From Diplonema japonicum (taxonomy: Eukaryota; Protista; Euglenozoa: Diplonemea), in contig OZ025698.1 in assembly GCA_964019335.1 (NCBI GenBank), forward strand, positions 434,001 through 498,000: a DNA stretch of 64,000 nt, read 5' to 3'. The notes beneath the pieces are model-generated. The model saw only the letters and a program-made list of their open reading frames with translations, did not search any database and was not told the DNA's origin. Below are positions 24,909-37,801 of the stretch, piece after piece (position 1 is the stretch's first letter; every line of letters starts with the position of its first letter). A program made the position numbers and the translations under genes.

Positions 24909-26029
24909 TGGAGAGACCCGCAGTGGTGATGGACAACGGTACAGGGTACACAAAGATAGGATACGCGGGGTGTGCGAAGCCCAATTTCATCTTCCCGACA
25001 ACGGTGGCGGAGCCCCCTCCGAAGACGAACAGGGACACCCTCGATGACCTTGACTTCTACATCGGGAAGGAGGCCGTCGACATTGTCAACTACACAGGCG
25101 GGAAATACCACCAGTACAACCCTGTTAAACACGGGATAGTGGAAAACTGGGACCAGATGGAAAAATTATGGCAACATTCGATTTACAAATATCTCAGGTG
25201 CGAGCCTGAGGACCACGCTTTTCTGCTGACGGAATCGCCGTTCAACCCTCCCGAGAACCGTGAATACACCGCGGAAATTATGTTCGAAACCTTCGGCGTT
25301 CAGTCCCTCCACATTGCCGTTCAGGCCGTCCTCGCCCTAGCCGCGTCATGGGGCAAGGAAAAGGCGAAACAAGCAGGCCTTAAATACGGTGAAATGTCTG
25401 GCACTGTTATCGATTCTGGTGATGGTGTAACCCATATCATCCCTGTGTCCCACGGCTATGTCATTCAGTCTGGGATTAAACACATAGGGCTTGCCGGTAA
25501 AGATATCACAAAGTACATGTTCGACATCATCAAAGAGAGGGAACCGACGCACCCTGATGTAAACATGATGCTCGAATGCCAGAAACTCAAGGAAGAGCAC
25601 TGCTACGTCTGCCGTGATCTTTCCATGGAATTTGCTAAGTACGACAGCGAACCCAAGGAACATATAAAACAATGGGAAGGGGTATGGCTTTTTTTTTTTT
25701 TTTTTTTTTTTTTTGTAAAAATATGTAATTAGGTGGTTCCGAAAACCAAAGCCAAGTGGAAGGTCGATGTGGGCCCCGAACGATTTTTGGGGCCGGAGCT
25801 GTTTTTCCACCCTGAGATTTTCTCTCTTGAGCACACTACCCCGCTTCCTATTCTTGTTGATGGTATGTTACAGCGGAAAACAAAACAAAAAACAAAAAAA
25901 AAAAAAAAAAAAAAAAAATAGAAATGATCTGTGGCTGTCCCATCGATACAAGGAAGTCCCTCTACCGAAACATCGTCCTCTCTGGTGGGTCCACTATGTT
26001 CAAGCACTTTGGGCAGTATGGGAGAAACA

Positions 26030-26077
<48 letters not shown>

Positions 26078-26401
26078 ACACACCACAGGAGGCTAAAGCG
26101 TGACATCAAGGAGAGGGTGAACGCAAGGATGGAAGATGCCCACAGGAGGCGTAGGGACCAGAGTGTGTCCATGCAGGACGTGCCTGTGAACGTAATCTCG
26201 CATAAAGCACAGGTAAGGAGGGGGAAAAAAAAAAAAAAAAAAATTAAAAAGGGGTATGCTGTTTGGTCTGGTGGTTCTGTGATCGCGTCTATGGACAATT
26301 TCCCCCAAATGGTGAAAACGCGGGCGGAGTACGAGGAGCACGGCCCGTCCATCTTCAGAAGCTCGGCTTTGGGTGGGAGTGTTTTTGATCAGGAGCAGTA
26401 A
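24908..26401 (+). CDS. ARP3: Actin-related protein 3 (introns 25682-25732, 25863-25921, 26016-26088, 26213-26251)
   Basis: [72 protein letters not shown]. Spliced exons give [22 protein letters not shown] and YAVWSGGS. Confidence 0.92.
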
Positions 26402-26496
26402 GGTGGATGGAGAGAAACACAAGAAACAAAGTGAACAGTTTTTTTTTCTTTTTTTTCTTTTTTTTTTTCTTCGCCCCCTCCCGTATGTATTGTGTG

Positions 26497-26527
<31 letters not shown>

Positions 26528-27207
26528 TTTTGTAGCCTATAAAAAAAAAAATAAATAAAAAACAAGGGTAGGAAAAAAAAAAGAAAAAAACTATTTTAGT
26601 GTTTCTTCTTAAGAGCGGAACCGTGTTTTTTTTTTTCCTCGATTGTGGACCTTCCTTTGTGGAGAAGGAAGAGGAGGGGAAAGACCTGCCTTAGGTCCAG
26701 TGTTTATTGGATTTTCTTTTTTTTTTTTCTTAGCTTTTTGCTGTCCCCCCCCATTTTTTATTTTCCGTTTTTTCTTCTTTTTTTCTCTGTTATTTCTTTC
26801 CCGAAAAAAAAGTTCTTATTTTTTTTTTTCCCCAAGTTCTCTCAATTCCACCCCCCCCCGCCGTTATTTCCAGTCCAGAGACTCTCCAGGGACTGCTGCC
26901 CTGTTATTTCTTTTTCTTCGAATTAAAAATAACTTCTTGCCCCCCCCCCCCCCCCCAGGGCCATGTTAAACAAAAACGCAAAAAAACGCGTATCCAAGCT
27001 CCTTTTTTTTTTGAAAATATGTTACTAAGGCATAACCAGAATAGGGTCTCGATGAGACAATGCTAATCTTAAAGCCCCCTTTTTCAGTTTTTACCAAAAA
27101 AAAAAAAAAAAAAAAAAGAGCCATTCCCAAGCGTCCCGGGGAGAAGAAGGGGGGGGAAAAAAAAAAAGGAAGAGGCGAGGAGGAAAAAAAAAAAAAAAAA
27201 GAAAGTG

Positions 27208-29018
27208 ATGCGACGACATCTCCTATCGAGGGGTCTGCCCCGGACAGGGTTCAACGCCAGGCGCCTGTTCACGGAGGAGCAGGAAAGCCTGCTCAAGCAA
27301 GTCGACAATTTCGTGAAGGCAGGCAAATCCGGTGGCGCCTTCAAACTGGGGAAAATGTTTTGCGACGCATTTGAAATAAAACACCCGTCCGTTAAAACAG
27401 CCAAGGCGTACCTTGACCTACTGTCGAAAGAGATCCAGCAAAGCTCATTCAAAACAATCCTAAAGGTGCCAACGAAGCAGAAGGACACCATGAGCCTGTG
27501 GACGAGCAAGCACTCATGCTTCACAAAAACCCCTGCGATCGAAAAGAAGAATAACGAGCTGCACGAGAGGATGAAAAAATACCTGGTTCTAGATTTCGAA
27601 ACGACCACTGTCCAACAACACAAGCGTAAAGCCTCCCCATTCTCTAAAGATAATCGCGTCGTCTACACTGCATGGGGGACACCGAACATACCTTCGCAGG
27701 TCGATGGACCATTCGACAATCGTAAAGACTACTCACTCGTATTTCCGGACCTGTCAAACGTTGAAGTTATAGTAGGACACAACATCAAATTCGATCTTCT
27801 CTACATTTGGGACAATCTCGAACTGAAAGATTTTTTTCGCCGTGGCGGGTTGATCTGGGATACAATGTACACGGAGTACATTCTGAACGGGCACAAGGAT
27901 TCCGGGTCATTGGCGTTGGACAGTCTATCGCTTTTGTACGGTGGGGAACTGAAGGACAACTACATCAAGGAACAATGGGAAAAGGGAATAAACACACCCG
28001 ACATCGACGAAACCAGAATGAGGGACTACGCGGCTGCAGATATCGTGAACACTCGAAAAGTTTTCGAATCGCAACTTTCGATCCTCTCCGACGGGTGCAG
28101 ACTGCCACTGATTAAAACTCACATGGAAGGCCTTCTCGCCACCACCGAAATGGAGTACAACGGCCTTTTTGTCGATGAAAACACAACACGCGAGATGCAC
28201 GATACCATGCAAGAGGAAATCGAAATCGCCGAAAGGGAACTAGAAGGGATCTTCATCCCTGCTGAGGTCGCCTCCATCAACACATCAAACAAGCTCAGAG
28301 ACCCCATTCTATTCAACTGGACATCGTCATCTCAATTACGTGCGTATCTATTCGGCGGTACCGTGAACTATAGGGGTCACACTATGAACGACAAAGGGAA
28401 ATGGTCCCCAGCTGCCTTTCCTGTTACGTTTGAGGGCTGCGTTCCTGAGGACTGGAAGAAACGATTTGCATCCAAGTACACAAACAGAGACGGGGCTTGG
28501 AAGGTTAGCGATGACGTGATTGCATCTATCGCAGAAGACTGCAAGGAGCAGCAGTGGGCCGCCGCCATCACGAAGCTCCGTTTGATCAAGAAGACCAAAA
28601 AGCTGTCCAACACTTATCTGTCCGCATTCGTCAATCTCCTTGATGATGAAAGCGTCATCCACCCTCAGCTGAACCACACCTTCACCCGGACCGGAAGGCT
28701 CAGCAGTTCGAACCCGAACATGCAAAACATCCCGAGAGGTATTTTAAAAAAAAAAAAGAGAGAAAAAAAAGAGAAACACTACAAACATATGCGCGGGTAG
28801 AGTTTGGTGGAAAATCCAAATTCACTTATCGTGTTTGTAATTTTTTTTTCTTCTCAAAAAAAAAAAAGAAATAAATAAATAAATAAATAAAAAAACAGGA
28901 GACAAATCTGGGATCAAAAAATGCCTCACCACCCGGTTCAGAGATAAGAACGGCAACCCCACTGGGAGGATGATAGAGTCGGACTACTCGCAGCTTGAGG
29001 TATATATTTATATATATA

Positions 29019-29049
<31 letters not shown>

Positions 29050-29919
29050 CCGGACCCTTCCAGGGGTTCTTGAAAATTTGGGTTAAAAGACAACAAAAAT
29101 GACAACTTTTTTTTTTTAAAGGTATTCGTGATGGCTCTGCTAAGCCAGGACAAAACGCTCATGAGCGAACTTGCAGAGGGTGCCGATCTGCACTGCAAGA
29201 GGCTTGCGAGGATGAAGGGGATGGACTATGAGACGGTGGTGAAGTACTGCAAGGTGGACAAGGACCCGGTGTGGACGGCACAGCGCACGAAGGCAAAGGT
29301 GTTCTCCTTCCAAAGGCAATACGGCGCAGGGAACAAGATGATCTCTCTGACCACAGGCCTCGCGATAGAAGAGGTGCAGCAGATGGTTGAAAATGAGAAG
29401 AAAGCGTACCCAGCGGTCGACGCATACTTCGCAAGGGTGACAAAGGCACTTCAGGACACCGCTGCAAAAACCGCAAGCAACGAAGGTTTCTACGACAGCA
29501 TGTCAGGGAACAGGTGGTATTTTGAACAGGCTGAGTCGCACTACAGCAGGTCGCCGTCTGCAGTGGGAGCCAAAGCCAAGGAATTCAAAAAACAGTTGGT
29601 TTTAAACCACCCCGTGCAGGGCTTCGCCGCGGAGATCGTCCTCACCATTCTTGGCAAACTCTGGAGGCACTTCATGAAAATGGGCAATTATTCTGAATCA
29701 GGTGACTTCACCACCCCTGGCAGGTCCCTTCTTGTCAATACCGTACACGACTGCGTGTGGATAGACACGCATGCGGGAATGGAGGAGCGTATTACGGAGG
29801 ACGTTGAGCGCATTCTCTCTGATGTTGAAGGCGCTTACAAAGAAAACGGGATCGATTTCCCAGTTTGGGTTGGCTTCAAAACAGAAACTTCTTCTGGCAT
29901 CACAATGGCCGATCTGTAG
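27208..29919 (+). CDS. Mitochondrion-targeted family A DNA polymerase with 3'-5' exonuclease, euglenozoan PolI-B/C/D-type (introns 28739-28898, 29000-29121)
   Basis: Arg-rich presequence MRRHLLSRGL. Exonuclease motifs LDFET, GHNIKFD, YAAAD; TGRLSSSNPNMQNIP; spliced motif A DYSQLEVFVMA; motif B RTKAKVFSFQRQYG; motif C NTVHD. Confidence 0.88.
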
Positions 29920-30159
29920 AGTCTTTTTATTTTTTATTCTTTTTTTTAGATTTTTTTTTTCCTTTTAGATTTTTTTTTTTAATTCTATTTTTTTTTTTTT
30001 TTTTTTCCCTCACAAACCGTCATATATCTCTTTTTTTTCATTATCCCCTCCCCCCCCCCCCTTTTATTTCTCGCCCTCAGCCCTTTGCTTTCCCTCCCTT
30101 TTTTTTTTTCTTTCTTTCCCTCACCTTAACCCGAATGATTTACAAATAGCAGGATTAAA

Positions 30160-31293
30160 ATGGACGGTGGGTGCCTCCCGATGTTTGGGGGCACAGAAGA
30201 CACAGGATGTCAAACAATAGACGAGACAAGCGAGGATGAGGAGCTTGATGAGGAAGAGGACTGGTGCCTCGAGCAGATCGAGATCGCCTACAAAAAAGTA
30301 AACCTGACAGGGCAGCTAGCCCAGTACGAAATGAGAAGGGGTCTGGAAGAGGTAGTGCGAGTATACGGTAAACTGTGCTTGGAGCTAGGAGTCCCACGCT
30401 TAGACAACGACGGGAACATGGAAGGGGTTCAAACAACGAAGGAAAAGCTTCTCGCGTATAAACCTCTCATGGATGGCGTCCTGAGGAAACGAGTCGCGTC
30501 AGAAACCACCGTCAAATCCCTTTGCGTTGAAATCGCAAGGAAACTACCTTTTGAAAAACAGGAAAGAATGCAAGGCGACCCCTTCTACAGGGAGGTCATA
30601 AGCACGGCGAATTACACGCCAAAACCGAACGGGGTTTTGAAAATGACAACGGTGATACCCAAGGGGAACAGGTGGATTACCGTGCACAAGACGGCGGTCG
30701 AGGCCCTTCAGAAATTCTCGAAACGATTTGACGAAGACGCACAAGGAGAGAAGGTGGCGGTTTTGAAAGAAAATGAAAAAGACACTGCAAAAGAGCAAAC
30801 ACCCCTCTCGGTGTGGGACGAGGCACAGCCTTTGTTGGAATCGATGAACCTCTTGGGAAGCGAATGGGAAACAAAACTCACAAACCTTATCAAAAACAAC
30901 CAAGAAGATGATGTTGAAGCCATGGTGGTTGGTGTCGTTGACAACGCTGTGAAATGCCTCGTCGCAGGGGGGCACATTCACGGACAGATCACCGACAACC
31001 TGAAGAAAATTTCGCAAGACCAGGCCATGCTAGACTGCATGGTGTCTCTCAAGGCCAAAGGCCACGACTTCCAAAGTTCCAAGGCGTCCCTTCGCTCTCT
31101 GAGTACCTCCACTGTCATGCAGCTACAATCCTTCACCTCAACCACTTCTGGCATCCCCTACCTCCCTCCTCCCTTGCTCATCTCTTTGCTAGACATACCC
31201 CCTACACAGAAGGGCATCGAACATTACTTACGGGCCATCATCGACAACAACAAGTCTGAGATTGTGCTCGGGAACGCGTCTGCTTCTATTTGA
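30160..31293 (+). CDS. Hypothetical protein
   Basis: 377-codon ORF with host-like composition between homopolymer spacers. Confidence 0.65.
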   Translation: MDGGCLPMFGGTEDTGCQTIDETSEDEELDEEEDWCLEQIEIAYKKVNLTGQLAQYEMRRGLEEVVRVYGKLCLELGVPRLDNDGNMEGVQTTKEKLLAYKPLMDGVLRKRVASETTVKSLCVEIARKLPFEKQERMQGDPFYREVISTANYTPKPNGVLKMTTVIPKGNRWITVHKTAVEALQKFSKRFDEDAQGEKVAVLKENEKDTAKEQTPLSVWDEAQPLLESMNLLGSEWETKLTNLIKNNQEDDVEAMVVGVVDNAVKCLVAGGHIHGQITDNLKKISQDQAMLDCMVSLKAKGHDFQSSKASLRSLSTSTVMQLQSFTSTTSGIPYLPPPLLISLLDIPPTQKGIEHYLRAIIDNNKSEIVLGNASASI

Positions 31294-31399
31294 CGATCCC
31301 AGAGGGGGGAGGAGGGGCGAGTGATTTTAACATTTTATAATTATTTCCCCCCCCCCCCCCTCACCTTTCTTCCAAAACAAAAAAAAAGAGAAAAAAAAA

Positions 31400-32698
31400 A
31401 TGGCACTCCCGCATATATTCACACGGTCTCTCTGCTACGTGACTTTCACGGAAAACGAGGAGTACCTTCGTTGCTCAAAATGCAAGTGCGCGTATTACAA
31501 AACAACCGACGAGCAAAAAAAACACTGGAAGGTACACAAAAAAGTCTGCAAGGAGCTGAACTGGGCCGCGGTGCAAACCCTTACCGTGGAGGAGTGCAGG
31601 AACAAGCTGAAACCCGGGATGGTGACCCCTGATGGGGACTTGGCGCTGATATTACACAGGCTGTTCTGCCTGATCAGAGAAGGCGGTTTGAAGGAGGAAA
31701 CTCTGCACACTATCATGTCCGAGATGCAGTACTTCACTCGGATTGGGTCGAAGGAGGAAAATAACGACGATCTCACGGAGTACTACGCAAAACTATGGGC
31801 GGTGCCCGGGATGCCACAGCTGTTGATGTTTGAAGACTTGCGAAGCATGGGGTTCAGAAAGCTCATGGAACAGTACCCTCAAGGCATTCACGACGTACCA
31901 GACGGGACTGTGAACAAAACGTTGGACGACCAATCGGTGTGGGAATCTGTCAATGGCCAGGCGCTCTCGATGTACGTGATCAACACATTAATACGCTCGC
32001 TTGTCTTCGGGCGGGTCGATTCAGGTTGGAAACTTGAACAATGCGGTGCGGGTTCCGTCCGATCCACAGTTCACTACACGCTTCCAGCGCTGCACCGCCT
32101 TCGTGAAATCCTCTCTGACAAGGTTCTCCGTGCTGGATGTGGTTATTCATTATCTGCGGTACCCTCGCTGATCCACAGTATTAAATGCGATTCTGATAAA
32201 CTTTTTGAAATCGTGGGGCCTGGTTTCCCCGAAGCCATGTTGGAGCTTGCCAGTGTCGGCGGCGAGAAAGCATTGTTGATACCCTTTCAGGTGAAGGGCT
32301 TCCTGTCTAGGTTGTCGGGAACGGTTCTGTGCGAGTACACGGTGTCGCTACGAGCACTCCCCACCGCCCACGACCAGCTGCGAACCGTTCTTACCGACCC
32401 ACGTATATTGGAGGCGATTGCGGTGCATTCACCGGAACCCTCCCCGTGGTTCCCGCTTGTTACCTCATTCGAGCACCTTGTCTTTCTGCCTTACATTGCA
32501 GAACGGTTGAAGGCCACCCCCGACCCTAACATTTCTACCGTTTCAAATTGGGCCGAGACTTACAAGAACCTAGAGGAAACCCCGTGGGAACTAACTGAAT
32601 ACGCGGAGAAAATAATGGACAGCAAGGCTTTAGAAGAATACAAAAAGGCGGCCGAGGACTTCAAGGCCTATGTTGACAGCAAGTCAGACGGCAAGTAA
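31400..32698 (+). CDS. Protein with N-terminal degenerate MYND-type zinc finger
   Basis: RCSKCKCAYYKTTDEQKKHWKVHKKVC matches the MYND C-terminal half, with some Cys lost. Confidence 0.7.
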   Translation: MALPHIFTRSLCYVTFTENEEYLRCSKCKCAYYKTTDEQKKHWKVHKKVCKELNWAAVQTLTVEECRNKLKPGMVTPDGDLALILHRLFCLIREGGLKEETLHTIMSEMQYFTRIGSKEENNDDLTEYYAKLWAVPGMPQLLMFEDLRSMGFRKLMEQYPQGIHDVPDGTVNKTLDDQSVWESVNGQALSMYVINTLIRSLVFGRVDSGWKLEQCGAGSVRSTVHYTLPALHRLREILSDKVLRAGCGYSLSAVPSLIHSIKCDSDKLFEIVGPGFPEAMLELASVGGEKALLIPFQVKGFLSRLSGTVLCEYTVSLRALPTAHDQLRTVLTDPRILEAIAVHSPEPSPWFPLVTSFEHLVFLPYIAERLKATPDPNISTVSNWAETYKNLEETPWELTEYAEKIMDSKALEEYKKAAEDFKAYVDSKSDGK

Positions 32699-32773
32699 GT
32701 GTATTTTTTTTTTTTTTTTTTTTCTCGTTTAAAGAAAATCCCGCAAAGAAAAAAACAAAAAAAAAAAAAAAAA

Positions 32774-34468
32774 ATGGGTTGCTGTGGTGCGAAGGACAAC
32801 CAAGACAGTGAAGATGGGGCAGCGGCATCAACGGCAACATCGAAGAAGCCGACGTTCAACAAACCGAACGCGAGGAACACGGAGGACGCCGACAGCGATG
32901 GTGTTCAAATGAACGAACAAGCAGCGAACGAAGGCGGCGGGCAGCCTTCCTTCAAGGCGCTGCCCTACGAGGCAGCTGTGATCGATCCCCCAACAGCGGT
33001 GACCCAAGAGGACAGAGAATTCAATTTCGAAGAAACTGATTATGTGTACGTCCGGCCAAAGGGGAGACGTAACGAACGCATCATCACAATCCTGCTACTC
33101 GGCGAAACCGGAAGCGGGAAAAGCACGTTAGTCAACGCTCTCTTCAACCACGCACTAGGAGTACAATACAACGATCGAAAACGATACAGAGTCATCAAAG
33201 AAACACCTCCCTCCGACGAGTCGGTGTCGCAGACCCAAACTGTTCAAGTCTACAGGGTATGGTGCGAAGAATTGAAGGCAACGATAAGAATCGTCGACAC
33301 CCCAGGGTTCGGAGACACACGAGGTATAGAACGCGACGCTGAGATCAGCGATTTGGTGAAGAATGCTATCGAAAGAGAAGATGAGATACATGCGGTGGGG
33401 TTTGTCGCAGCTGCTTCTCGACCAAGGTTGACACACACACAACAATACATAGTGTCAAAAGTGTTGGGGTGTTTTGGGAAGGATGCCATTAATGGTATAT
33501 ACATCCTCGCAACCTTTGCAGACGGAAAACGCGCGCCTGTACTGGACGCGTTCAAAGCCGACTCCTCCTTCCCGTTCAGCGAGGATAGGCATTTCCACTT
33601 CAACAACTCGGCTCTCTACGCAACGGGCACCGACAGAACAGAGTTCACTGCCGGGTTCTGGTCCATGGGCGCGTCGTCCATGAAAAAATTCTTCGCTTCT
33701 CTGTCTACGAAAACACCTTTCAAACTGCATACAACTGTTGATGTCATCCAAACTCAAAGAAGGCTTGAGTCCTACGTAAAAGGAGTCCTCCCCCAAGTCA
33801 CCATTGGGATCTCAAAGGTCACCAATTTAACCCAGATCATGGACGATATCGACGAAAAAAAAGCCATGATCAATGAAACCGGCTACTATAAATACCTTTC
33901 CTCCATCCCTAAGGTCGAGCGTGTTCCTAAGGAAGCGGGTACTTACACAACCCAATGCTTGAAATGCTCGTTCAGCTGCCACGAGGAATGTACACGAACG
34001 GACAGGGAGAAACACCTTTGTTGTGTAATGGACGCAGCTGGATGTTGCACGGTGTGTCCTGGAAGATGCTCGTTTATCGAACACAAGAATATGGATTACA
34101 TTTTCGTGTGGAAAACAGAGGTGGTTGAGCGAGAGTGTGATATGAAAAAGCTTGCCAACACCGCGGCTCAAAAGGGTCTTACCATAGCTGAAGCCCTGCA
34201 GGCAGATGTAACCTCAGATATGCATGAGGCGTGCGGTAATATTCGAGAGCTTTTGGTCAAGATAAACTCTGCCACCAGGTCTCTTAATGAGCTGGCGCTG
34301 CGGCCCACGGAGCTTTCTCTTAAAGACTACCTTACTCTTCTTGCTTCCGAAGAGCAAACCGCCAAGCATCCTGGCTGGGAATACCGTGTAATCATTATCA
34401 ACGGCATCCTTGATAACCAGGCACCTCCCCCCCGCTTTGCTGAGCTTGTTTCCCTGATGAAACCGTGA
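32774..34468 (+). CDS. AIG1/septin-like P-loop GTPase with N-terminal acylation motif
   Basis: MGCCG start; LLGETGSGKST, SQT and IVDTPGFGDT motifs; Cys/His cluster (CLKCSFSCHEEC...CTVCPGRCSFIEH); C-terminal coiled coil. Confidence 0.8.
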   Translation: MGCCGAKDNQDSEDGAAASTATSKKPTFNKPNARNTEDADSDGVQMNEQAANEGGGQPSFKALPYEAAVIDPPTAVTQEDREFNFEETDYVYVRPKGRRNERIITILLLGETGSGKSTLVNALFNHALGVQYNDRKRYRVIKETPPSDESVSQTQTVQVYRVWCEELKATIRIVDTPGFGDTRGIERDAEISDLVKNAIEREDEIHAVGFVAAASRPRLTHTQQYIVSKVLGCFGKDAINGIYILATFADGKRAPVLDAFKADSSFPFSEDRHFHFNNSALYATGTDRTEFTAGFWSMGASSMKKFFASLSTKTPFKLHTTVDVIQTQRRLESYVKGVLPQVTIGISKVTNLTQIMDDIDEKKAMINETGYYKYLSSIPKVERVPKEAGTYTTQCLKCSFSCHEECTRTDREKHLCCVMDAAGCCTVCPGRCSFIEHKNMDYIFVWKTEVVERECDMKKLANTAAQKGLTIAEALQADVTSDMHEACGNIRELLVKINSATRSLNELALRPTELSLKDYLTLLASEEQTAKHPGWEYRVIIINGILDNQAPPPRFAELVSLMKP

Positions 34469-34723
34469 AAAACAACAACAATTTTTTTTTTTTTTTTTCC
34501 TTTTCCTGTGTTCCCCTCCCACCTGCTCACAACGATAATACAATAAATTTAAAAAAAAATAGACCCCCCCATTTTTTTTTCCCTCCCTATTCTTTTTTTT
34601 TTTTTTTTTTTTTTTTTTTCCACACCTCCTTTCTCTTTAGTAGTATGAATGAGTTGAGAAGATGATAACGGGATTTTTTGATGTATAGTTTCTCGGGGGA
34701 AAGAAGAATGAAAAACACACAGG

Positions 34724-35230
34724 ATGGGTTGGATAGAACCCCCGTCAAGGGTGATATGGGGTAGTGCAGAACCGGTGAAGCTATGGCCGACCGTGGGGAG
34801 GGAGAGATGCGTCAGGGTGAAGAGAACAGAGACAGGAGTGATTAAAAGGCAGACAGCGGCGGAGATGGTTGAGGGGTTGGCAAGGCTGTGCCTTAGTGTC
34901 CCTTACCAAACGGTGAAGAGGGCAAAGGTTCGGCATCAGAACATCTCTCGGCCCTTGGCAAACTTGTTGAACTCACCAGGTTCACCAAAAGACGAAAGCC
35001 TTGTTGTAATCTGCAGCAGCCCACCCTTGGTGCCCTTTAAAGGTATTTTGGACACCACCACTCCAAGCCCCGAGCCATCGTCAACATCCACCTACTGCGC
35101 TCGATGTCAATATTTCCTAATAATGCTGCATCCGAGCCGGATTTGCTGCACATCCCGCGGCTGCCCAAATAGCAAGATCATGGCGGTCTCCAGGAACAAA
35201 GCACGCCACCTTCCACCTCTGAACCGATGA
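34724..35230 (+). CDS. Hypothetical protein with C-terminal Cys motif
   Basis: 168-codon ORF with CARC...CTSRGC. Confidence 0.45.
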   Translation: MGWIEPPSRVIWGSAEPVKLWPTVGRERCVRVKRTETGVIKRQTAAEMVEGLARLCLSVPYQTVKRAKVRHQNISRPLANLLNSPGSPKDESLVVICSSPPLVPFKGILDTTTPSPEPSSTSTYCARCQYFLIMLHPSRICCTSRGCPNSKIMAVSRNKARHLPPLNR

Positions 35231-35382
35231 GTTTAAAAGAAATTGGAGGTTTTTTACAAGACTATCCCTTCGAAAGCGTGCAAAAAAAAAAAAAAGAAAA
35301 AAAAAAAATCAGGTTGCCCTGGTTGTTTTCCTCTTTTGTTTTTCTTGCCGCTCCTTCTTTTCACCATCGCAGCACCCCGAAT

Positions 35383-37166
35383 ATGAAACGCACTTCCAAG
35401 CGCATCAAAGATGCACAAGCTTTTGCTGACGAGCCTTCGCTCGTGATGAAAGGGGTGCTCGAAGCGGAAGAGAAGGGGCGCATGGTGGTGATTCGGCACA
35501 GGGAGGCCACGATGCTGCGCATGAAGAGCTCCGAGCAGCGGCGTCTTCACGAGCTGAACGCCAGTGTAATGCTGTCGAAGCTGCCGAAGAGCAAGGCTCG
35601 GCCATCATCACCCCATAGATTTCCAAAAGGAACAGCACCACCGTCTAACCTGTCCACTCTGGTCGCTGCTCTTGGACACATCCCCTCCTCCGTCTCTGGT
35701 GCCCCCAGCAAAGTTTCCCCTTTGGCCTTCCTCGAGTCCGTCCAGGCTTGTGAAGCTGTAGGTGCAGACATCATAGCTGAGCTGCACCCACGGACATCGC
35801 CGAAATCACCGGAACACGAAAAAAAACCCAAGCAGAGAGCATCCTTTGCGCAGCGAACGAAGGACCGTGTCAAGCACAGGCAGCAGCAGCAATCTCTGCA
35901 GGAGGCGCAGCACACTCACGTCACACGGCAGCGTGACCATGTCAGAGCTCCCTCTGCCAAGGCACCTGTCGCACGAGCACCTACACGACCAAAGGACATG
36001 GACATCGTGTCTTTGCAGACCAGCAGCGCATCTCTCGTCTCCGGCAGGGCACCTGCCATCGCCACGCTCCTCAAAGCCCTCCAGTTGGAAACCCCACCCC
36101 CTGCAAAGGAGTTCGGGAAGTCATTCTCGCTTGAGCTGCTCGACACAGCACATGCAGTCGACGAGCAGCTGGAAAAACTAGCATCGCCCACACAGCACAT
36201 GCAGAACTCCTACAACGAGGTTCTCGAGCTGCACAAGCAAAGGCTGCAGAAGGTGAGAGCTGAGATTCGAAGCACGAAACAAAGCGCGCTTCAGGTATGT
36301 CTCACACGACCTTGTCCAGCACAACACAGGAACACATGGAAGCATCTGCGAAGGAGGCCGCAAGGTCTGGCAAAACGGCGTGGAATGACTCACGGCGTGC
36401 CAATTCCAAACAACCACGTGCAAAAGAAAAAGAGAAGAAGCCGCAAGAACGGGCCCCGAAGCCTGTCTTCGAGCTATTACTCGACGAGTGTAGAGCGGAC
36501 AAGTCGCACACGGGGCCGGGGACATCGCCCATGGCGCTGCTGGGCGTGGCGCTGATGGGTGAAAAGCAAACGGCGAAGGAAGCAGAAATGATAAGAGAAA
36601 TCAACGAAGAGATCGCATACCCCCCACCATCGAGAACAACGGTGAAAGAAGAGGTGAAAGGTACGAAGACAAATGGACTGCCTGCGGGATCGGCGGTCCG
36701 CGCCTGCAAAAAGAAGAACGCCTGCATGTCCACCACCGGGTGTGAACGGGACAACTGCTTGGTAAAGAAACGCCTCCGAGGGGAGTGGGTGAGGGAGGAC
36801 TGGCTGCTGATGTCCAATGGGCTCCCAGTTCGTAATCACTGTGGGGAAAGACTGGCAGCAAGGCAGAAGGCCGTCATAACCGAATCGCTGATGCAAGGGA
36901 CTGCCCCAAGTATGCCGCGATCACATGACGTTGCCCAAGGCGTTCCCCTGCGGGCTGTTAAGAAGAAACGAGGCAATCGAACACAGTCACGCACAAAGAA
37001 GCCGCGCAGTCAAGCTTCCCCTGCAGCGGACGCTGACCCTGACGGCATAGACACAGTTCGAAGAGAAATCAAACGCTTGCAAGATATCTTGCATGCAAAA
37101 GCCCTTGCCCTCGCTGTGGATGCTGACCTCGGCAACCATGTTGCGAAAAAGATAGCTGTTCCTTAG
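35383..37166 (+). CDS. Hypothetical low-complexity protein (intron 36295-36329)
   Basis: A 35-nt GTATGT...ACAG intron joins ORFs 35227 and 36297 in frame. Confidence 0.65.
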
Positions 37167-37801
37167 TATTCACCACTTTCTCTCTTTTTTTTCTTTTTTT
37201 TTTCTTTTCCCTTGGCCCGAGCGTATCCATCACCCGCCCAATGTGATATATGTACGAGAACCTCCAGCTTGGGGTAGGCGAAGCGCTGCACGTGCAATGG
37301 AATCCTCCAGGGGTACCCGTTGTAGGCCGTTCTGATCAACGCGCTGCTGTCATCATGGTCAAGGAAATCGGACACTTGACGAAGGCGAAAACAACCACTT
37401 ACGCCGATGATGACGATATACAGCAGAAAGTCAGAACGACACGTACAGCAAGCTGTAGGTAGGGTATCCGAGTTCTGTGACATCACGGGGATGGCTCTGA
37501 ACTACGAGAAGGGTAACAACTAACGCCAAATAGTGCTGCAAGCAAAGCCCCATTTTTTTTTCTTTTTTTTTTCGTTTTCTTGGTTTTTGTTTTGTCTTTC
37601 TCCCCCCCCCCCCCCCCCCCACGTGCCTATTCTGAGTATTTCCACCCCTCCCCTTTTGTTCTCTTCTTCTTCTTCTCCTTGCAAAAAAAAAAAAAAAAGA
37701 TCGGTTTCTGAACATTTCTTCTTTCTTCTTCTTCTTTTTAACTCCGCGCAGATTTGATTTAAAAACAAAAAGGAGAAAAAAAAAGAGAAAAAAAACACCT
37801 A

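Noticed and set aside
37163-37553. Minus-strand small gene starting MGLCLQHYL after an A run
   Set aside because: It needs a frameshift with no clear intron and has no recognisable motif. Left uncalled.
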